Positions 61,011-64,000 of a stretch of DNA of 64,000 nucleotides are shown here, piece by piece. The number at the start of each line of letters is the position of its first letter. Within the stretch, counting starts at the first letter, position 1. Both the position numbers and the translations under genes were made by a program. Under the pieces are notes generated by a model. It saw only the letters and a program-made list of their open reading frames with translations, had not been told where the DNA came from and did no database searches. The stretch is from Candidatus Omnitrophota bacterium (GTDB lineage Bacteria > Omnitrophota > Gorgyraeia > Ghiorseimicrobiales > Ghiorseimicrobiaceae): the NCBI GenBank assembly GCA_030681595.1, contig JAUXSB010000003.1:31207-95206 (forward strand). The letters run 5' to 3'.

Positions 61011-61601
61011 CTATGTTTCACAACACATCATCGATCCGGCTTTAGGCAAAACCATATCCGTACAGCTTGTGCTAGCTGCTGAAGTAGTGCAAGTCCCGCC
61101 TTGCGTAAAAGGTATATAAGACAAGCGTGAAGTGCAACTCTCCCCCGCATCAGTACAGACACCATTATTATTCCAATCGCCGCATTGCATCAACGAAGGA
61201 ACATCATTAGCAGTAAAAGTCATCAGACGACAACCGAGTCCTGCGGCTTGAATTCGCGCAAGCTGAGCAGTCCGAATATTCCAGAAAGTTACAGTATTTG
61301 AGAATGTCGCTCCATCACTAATTCTTATCTCTAAATCATTAGCTCCGGCATCACCGCCGATACCGATTACATCTCCATAACCTGTCCTAACTATGGCGAA
61401 ATTCGGCCACCAAGTAACATCACCAACAGGAAAACCAACCCTAGCTCGTTGCGCTTCAAGGTCTCCGTAAACCCCAAAAGGCGAAGGGTAATAATTAGTG
61501 ATGGTGATATCTTCAGCTTGAGATAAAACAGGGGATGCGGAAAATAAAAGGCAGGAAAAAGAAAAAAGAAAAACAGCAACAATTAATTTTACCTTTTGCA
61601 T
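61011..61601 (-). CDS. secreted protein with Cys-rich C-terminus (first gene of the island)
   Basis: 196 aa with signal peptide MQKVKLIVAVFLFSFSCLLFSASPVLSQA. The C-terminal 60 aa contain 9 Cys and end in CCET. Confidence 0.4.
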   Translation of the reverse strand: MQKVKLIVAVFLFSFSCLLFSASPVLSQAEDITITNYYPSPFGVYGDLEAQRARVGFPVGDVTWWPNFAIVRTGYGDVIGIGGDAGANDLEIRISDGATFSNTVTFWNIRTAQLARIQAAGLGCRLMTFTANDVPSLMQCGDWNNNGVCTDAGESCTSRLSYIPFTQGGTCTTSAASTSCTDMVLPKAGSMMCCET

Positions 61602-61674
61602 AAAAGATAATTAGTGATACTTTATGATATAATTTTAATTTACAACTTAAATATACCTCAATTACCCACGGCTG

Positions 61675-62997
61675 TCAACTTATTTTTGCCTTGCTTTTAA
61701 GCTTTCCAATCATTACGCCTGAAGCACATTCCACTAAGAGCGCTTTTATTAACCTGTTTTTTAAATCAGCGCGGCTTTTAATCAAAACTTTAATATAGTT
61801 ATCTGTATGGCCCTGCCAAAAATACGGCTCTTCTTTAGAACGGTTTTCAATAAGCACAAAAGGTTCCTTACCTAGAAACCTCTTTCGATAAACCAAAGAA
61901 CAATCGTTGGCGACACCTTTAAGATATGCCGCTCTGCGTTTAACTGTTTGCGGCGCGATATTACTTTTAAATTTTTTTGCCGCGGCCGTAGGCTCTCTTC
62001 TGGAATAACAAAAGATATGTGTCCTTAGGGGGTTAATCTCCCTGATTAAATTAACGGTGTTTTGAAAATTTTCTTCGCTCTCACAAGGAAAACCTACTAA
62101 GACATCAGTAGTAATAGCAATACCTTCAATCAACCCTTTTATCTCATTAATCAGCCGTAAGTACGTGGCGCTATCATAATTACGATTCATCATTTTTAAA
62201 ATACTGTCGTCGCCTGACTGCAGCGGAATATGCAAATGCCGGCATAATTTTTTCGAACTGCGTAATTTTCTAATTAAGGCGGCATTAACATCCATTGGCT
62301 CAATAGAGCTTAAGCGGATGCGTAAAAGGCCGCCGATATTTTCCAGGCTTTCTATTACTTCAACTAAATTTGCCTCCTGAAGGCCATCCTTACCGTAGGA
62401 ACCTAAGCATATGCCGCATAAGACGATCTCTTTAACCCCGGTTTTTACCAAACGCTCTGCCTCAAGCGTAACCTCTGAAAGCGTACGGCTGCGGGACCGC
62501 CCACGCACATAAGGGACTTTACAGAAACTGCAAAAGTTGTTGCAGCCATCTTGTATTTTTAAAAAAGCGCGGGTATTACCTTTAAAAACGCCTATACCAT
62601 CAGGAAAAAAGCTTTTAGAGATGATGAAATCTACATCGGGCACACCGGAAAGAGACGGGGCATCTTTTTGCGCTAAACACCCTGTTACAATAATTTTAGC
62701 ATCGGGATTTTCTCTTTTTATGCGCCGGATAAGCTCACGGCTCTTTGCATCGGCAACAGCAGTAACTGTACAGGTATTAATCAGGCAGAAACGCGAAGGA
62801 CAACCGTTATCAAGCTCTTCAAAACCGGCGCGCATAAAGCGTGCCCTGATGCTCTGTGTATCGTATTGATTGACTTTACAACCAAGAGTATAAAATTTAA
62901 TGGTTCGACTACGTGCTTCGACAGGCTCAGCATCCTGAGCGGAGTCGAAGGACTCACCATTAATCCTGAGCGAAGTCGAATGGTTAATTGTTTTCAT
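61675..62997 (-). CDS. MiaB/RimO/MtaB-family radical SAM methylthiotransferase
   Basis: 440 aa with MTTase N-domain FYTLGCKVNQYDTQ, rSAM IQDGCNNFCSFC, and a C-terminal TRAM-like region. Confidence 0.75.
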   Translation of the reverse strand: MKTINHSTSLRINGESFDSAQDAEPVEARSRTIKFYTLGCKVNQYDTQSIRARFMRAGFEELDNGCPSRFCLINTCTVTAVADAKSRELIRRIKRENPDAKIIVTGCLAQKDAPSLSGVPDVDFIISKSFFPDGIGVFKGNTRAFLKIQDGCNNFCSFCKVPYVRGRSRSRTLSEVTLEAERLVKTGVKEIVLCGICLGSYGKDGLQEANLVEVIESLENIGGLLRIRLSSIEPMDVNAALIRKLRSSKKLCRHLHIPLQSGDDSILKMMNRNYDSATYLRLINEIKGLIEGIAITTDVLVGFPCESEENFQNTVNLIREINPLRTHIFCYSRREPTAAAKKFKSNIAPQTVKRRAAYLKGVANDCSLVYRKRFLGKEPFVLIENRSKEEPYFWQGHTDNYIKVLIKSRADLKNRLIKALLVECASGVMIGKLKSKAKIS

Positions 62998-63032
62998 CCC
63001 TTAGAAATTATATCCCGCAGAAATATCAATTT

Positions 63033-63770
63033 CTAACGGGACAGGTACAACTTTATAAAACTCACAACTGCTATCGCGGCAGTTTCCACACGCATTACCA
63101 AATCCCCTAATGAAACCGGGATAAATCCTTTTTGCACCGCTAGCTCAACTTCCTGAACGCTGAAATCGCCTTCTGGCCCAATAAGGATCAGTATTTCTTT
63201 ATAATCAGAACGTATAAAAACATCTTTTAGGGGCTTGTGGCTTCCGCCTAAAGTAGGTATCAATTTCAAATCAAAATCACCTGCCTTGGAGAAAACTTCC
63301 CCTATTCCTCTAACCGGCTCAACAATGGGCAAGCCGCTTCTCTGGCTCTGTTTGCTTGCGCTTAAAGCAATTTTTTGCCAACGCTGATGATGTTTTTCTT
63401 TCTGCTCATTGTTCCACCTGACAACAGTATGTTCTGTCAGAAGAGGGATTATTCTATTTGCTCCCAATTGGGTAAGCTTATCTATAATATCATCCATCTT
63501 GCTACTCTTAGGCACAGCGCAGGCGATGGCGATATTTATCTTGTTATCTCTTGTAGCAGCTGTCTTAATTTTTTGTATCTTTACAGCGACAAAATCCGGA
63601 TTTATTTTATGAATCGCACCTTCATATTCATAACCTTTATCATTAAACACAACAACCTTATCATTTACCTTCATACGTAAGACATTTTTGATATGATGCA
63701 GCTCTTTTGTATCTTTAATATAGATATAGCTGCCTGTTATATCAGCATTTCCACAATAAAATCTCTTCAT
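63033..63770 (-). CDS. rsmE: 16S rRNA (uracil1498-N3)-methyltransferase RsmE family
   Basis: 245 aa RsmE-like; PUA-like N-terminus plus SPOUT C-terminal pattern (LIGPEGDFS). Confidence 0.65.
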   Translation of the reverse strand: MKRFYCGNADITGSYIYIKDTKELHHIKNVLRMKVNDKVVVFNDKGYEYEGAIHKINPDFVAVKIQKIKTAATRDNKINIAIACAVPKSSKMDDIIDKLTQLGANRIIPLLTEHTVVRWNNEQKEKHHQRWQKIALSASKQSQRSGLPIVEPVRGIGEVFSKAGDFDLKLIPTLGGSHKPLKDVFIRSDYKEILILIGPEGDFSVQEVELAVQKGFIPVSLGDLVMRVETAAIAVVSFIKLYLSR

Positions 63771-64000
63771 TATTCGGAGAATACTTCTGCGGTGAAGGTA
63801 TAGAGCTCAGTATCCTTATCTTTCCAGGCATCTGGGGGCAATCCGGCCTTATGGGAGCAAAGATTAGAAAGGAATTCTTCGCGGCTCCAGCCGGTTTCAG
63901 CAGCAACTTGCGGAAGGAATACCCCGGAATAAAAACCTTTTTTTACGATTACGCCGTGTTTACCCATAATAATATTAGCGGGGTTAAATTCACGCGCAGG
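63770..64000 (-). CDS. AMMECR1-domain protein, C-terminal part; the gene continues past the window end
   Basis: GVFLPQVAAETGWSREEFLSNLCSHKAGLP AMMECR1 C-terminal signature; the frame is open to position 64000. Confidence 0.5.
   Translation of the reverse strand, partial: PAREFNPANIIMGKHGVIVKKGFYSGVFLPQVAAETGWSREEFLSNLCSHKAGLPPDAWKDKDTELYTFTAEVFSE

Overview
This 64-kb window is almost entirely minus-strand coding and comes from an AT-rich anaerobic diderm bacterium that uses GGAGG Shine-Dalgarno sites. Positions 1-35,600 carry ordinary chromosomal genes: ThiF/ThiH-like genes; a complete group-3b (sulfhydrogenase-type) NiFe hydrogenase operon with its maturation protease; a truncated HypA-like gene; a secreted glycosidase; an RluA pseudouridine synthase; the H+/Na+-pyrophosphatase HppA; CTP synthase PyrG; a GGDEF/HD-GYP protein; a large chemotaxis supercluster (CheR-TPR, CheY, CheW, CheB, MCP, CheA-REC, MCP, CheW, hybrid histidine kinase, two small Cys-Trp-rich proteins); a CDF metal transporter; a DhnA aldolase plus Zn-ADH pair; tRNA-Ser(CGA); LptD; and a ROK glucokinase. 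Positions 36,033-61,601 form a compositionally distinct, low-GC, tightly packed co-directional island. It holds 17 radical SAM (rSAM) genes with 18 rSAM domains: 11 paralogous ~300-aa genes of one twitch-like family plus a fused tandem double, two HemN-like (class-C-like) genes, one B12-binding (class-B-like) gene, one SPASM gene and one more rSAM gene. They surround a 98-aa His-Xaa-Ser repeat precursor, which resembles the little-studied HxsABCD system. The island also encodes two secreted Cys-rich proteins, an A24 (prepilin-peptidase-like) membrane protease, a TPR protein and hypothetical proteins. It is bordered by a 44-bp tandem repeat array on one side and by a MiaB-like methylthiotransferase, RsmE and AMMECR1 on the other. 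I consider this island the most likely undescribed system. The window also contains a ~130-160-nt structured intergenic cassette present four times upstream of unrelated operons; three of them have their starts mis-set upstream by the ORF track because of it. A 44-bp repeat family occurs at three loci, once as an in-frame insertion in a coding gene. There are two MITE-like elements with 14-15-bp terminal inverted repeats, a GC-rich cluster of perfect palindromes, and two MCP paralogs with near-identical 3' halves flanking cheA. No CRISPR array, transposase or prophage gene was recognised.
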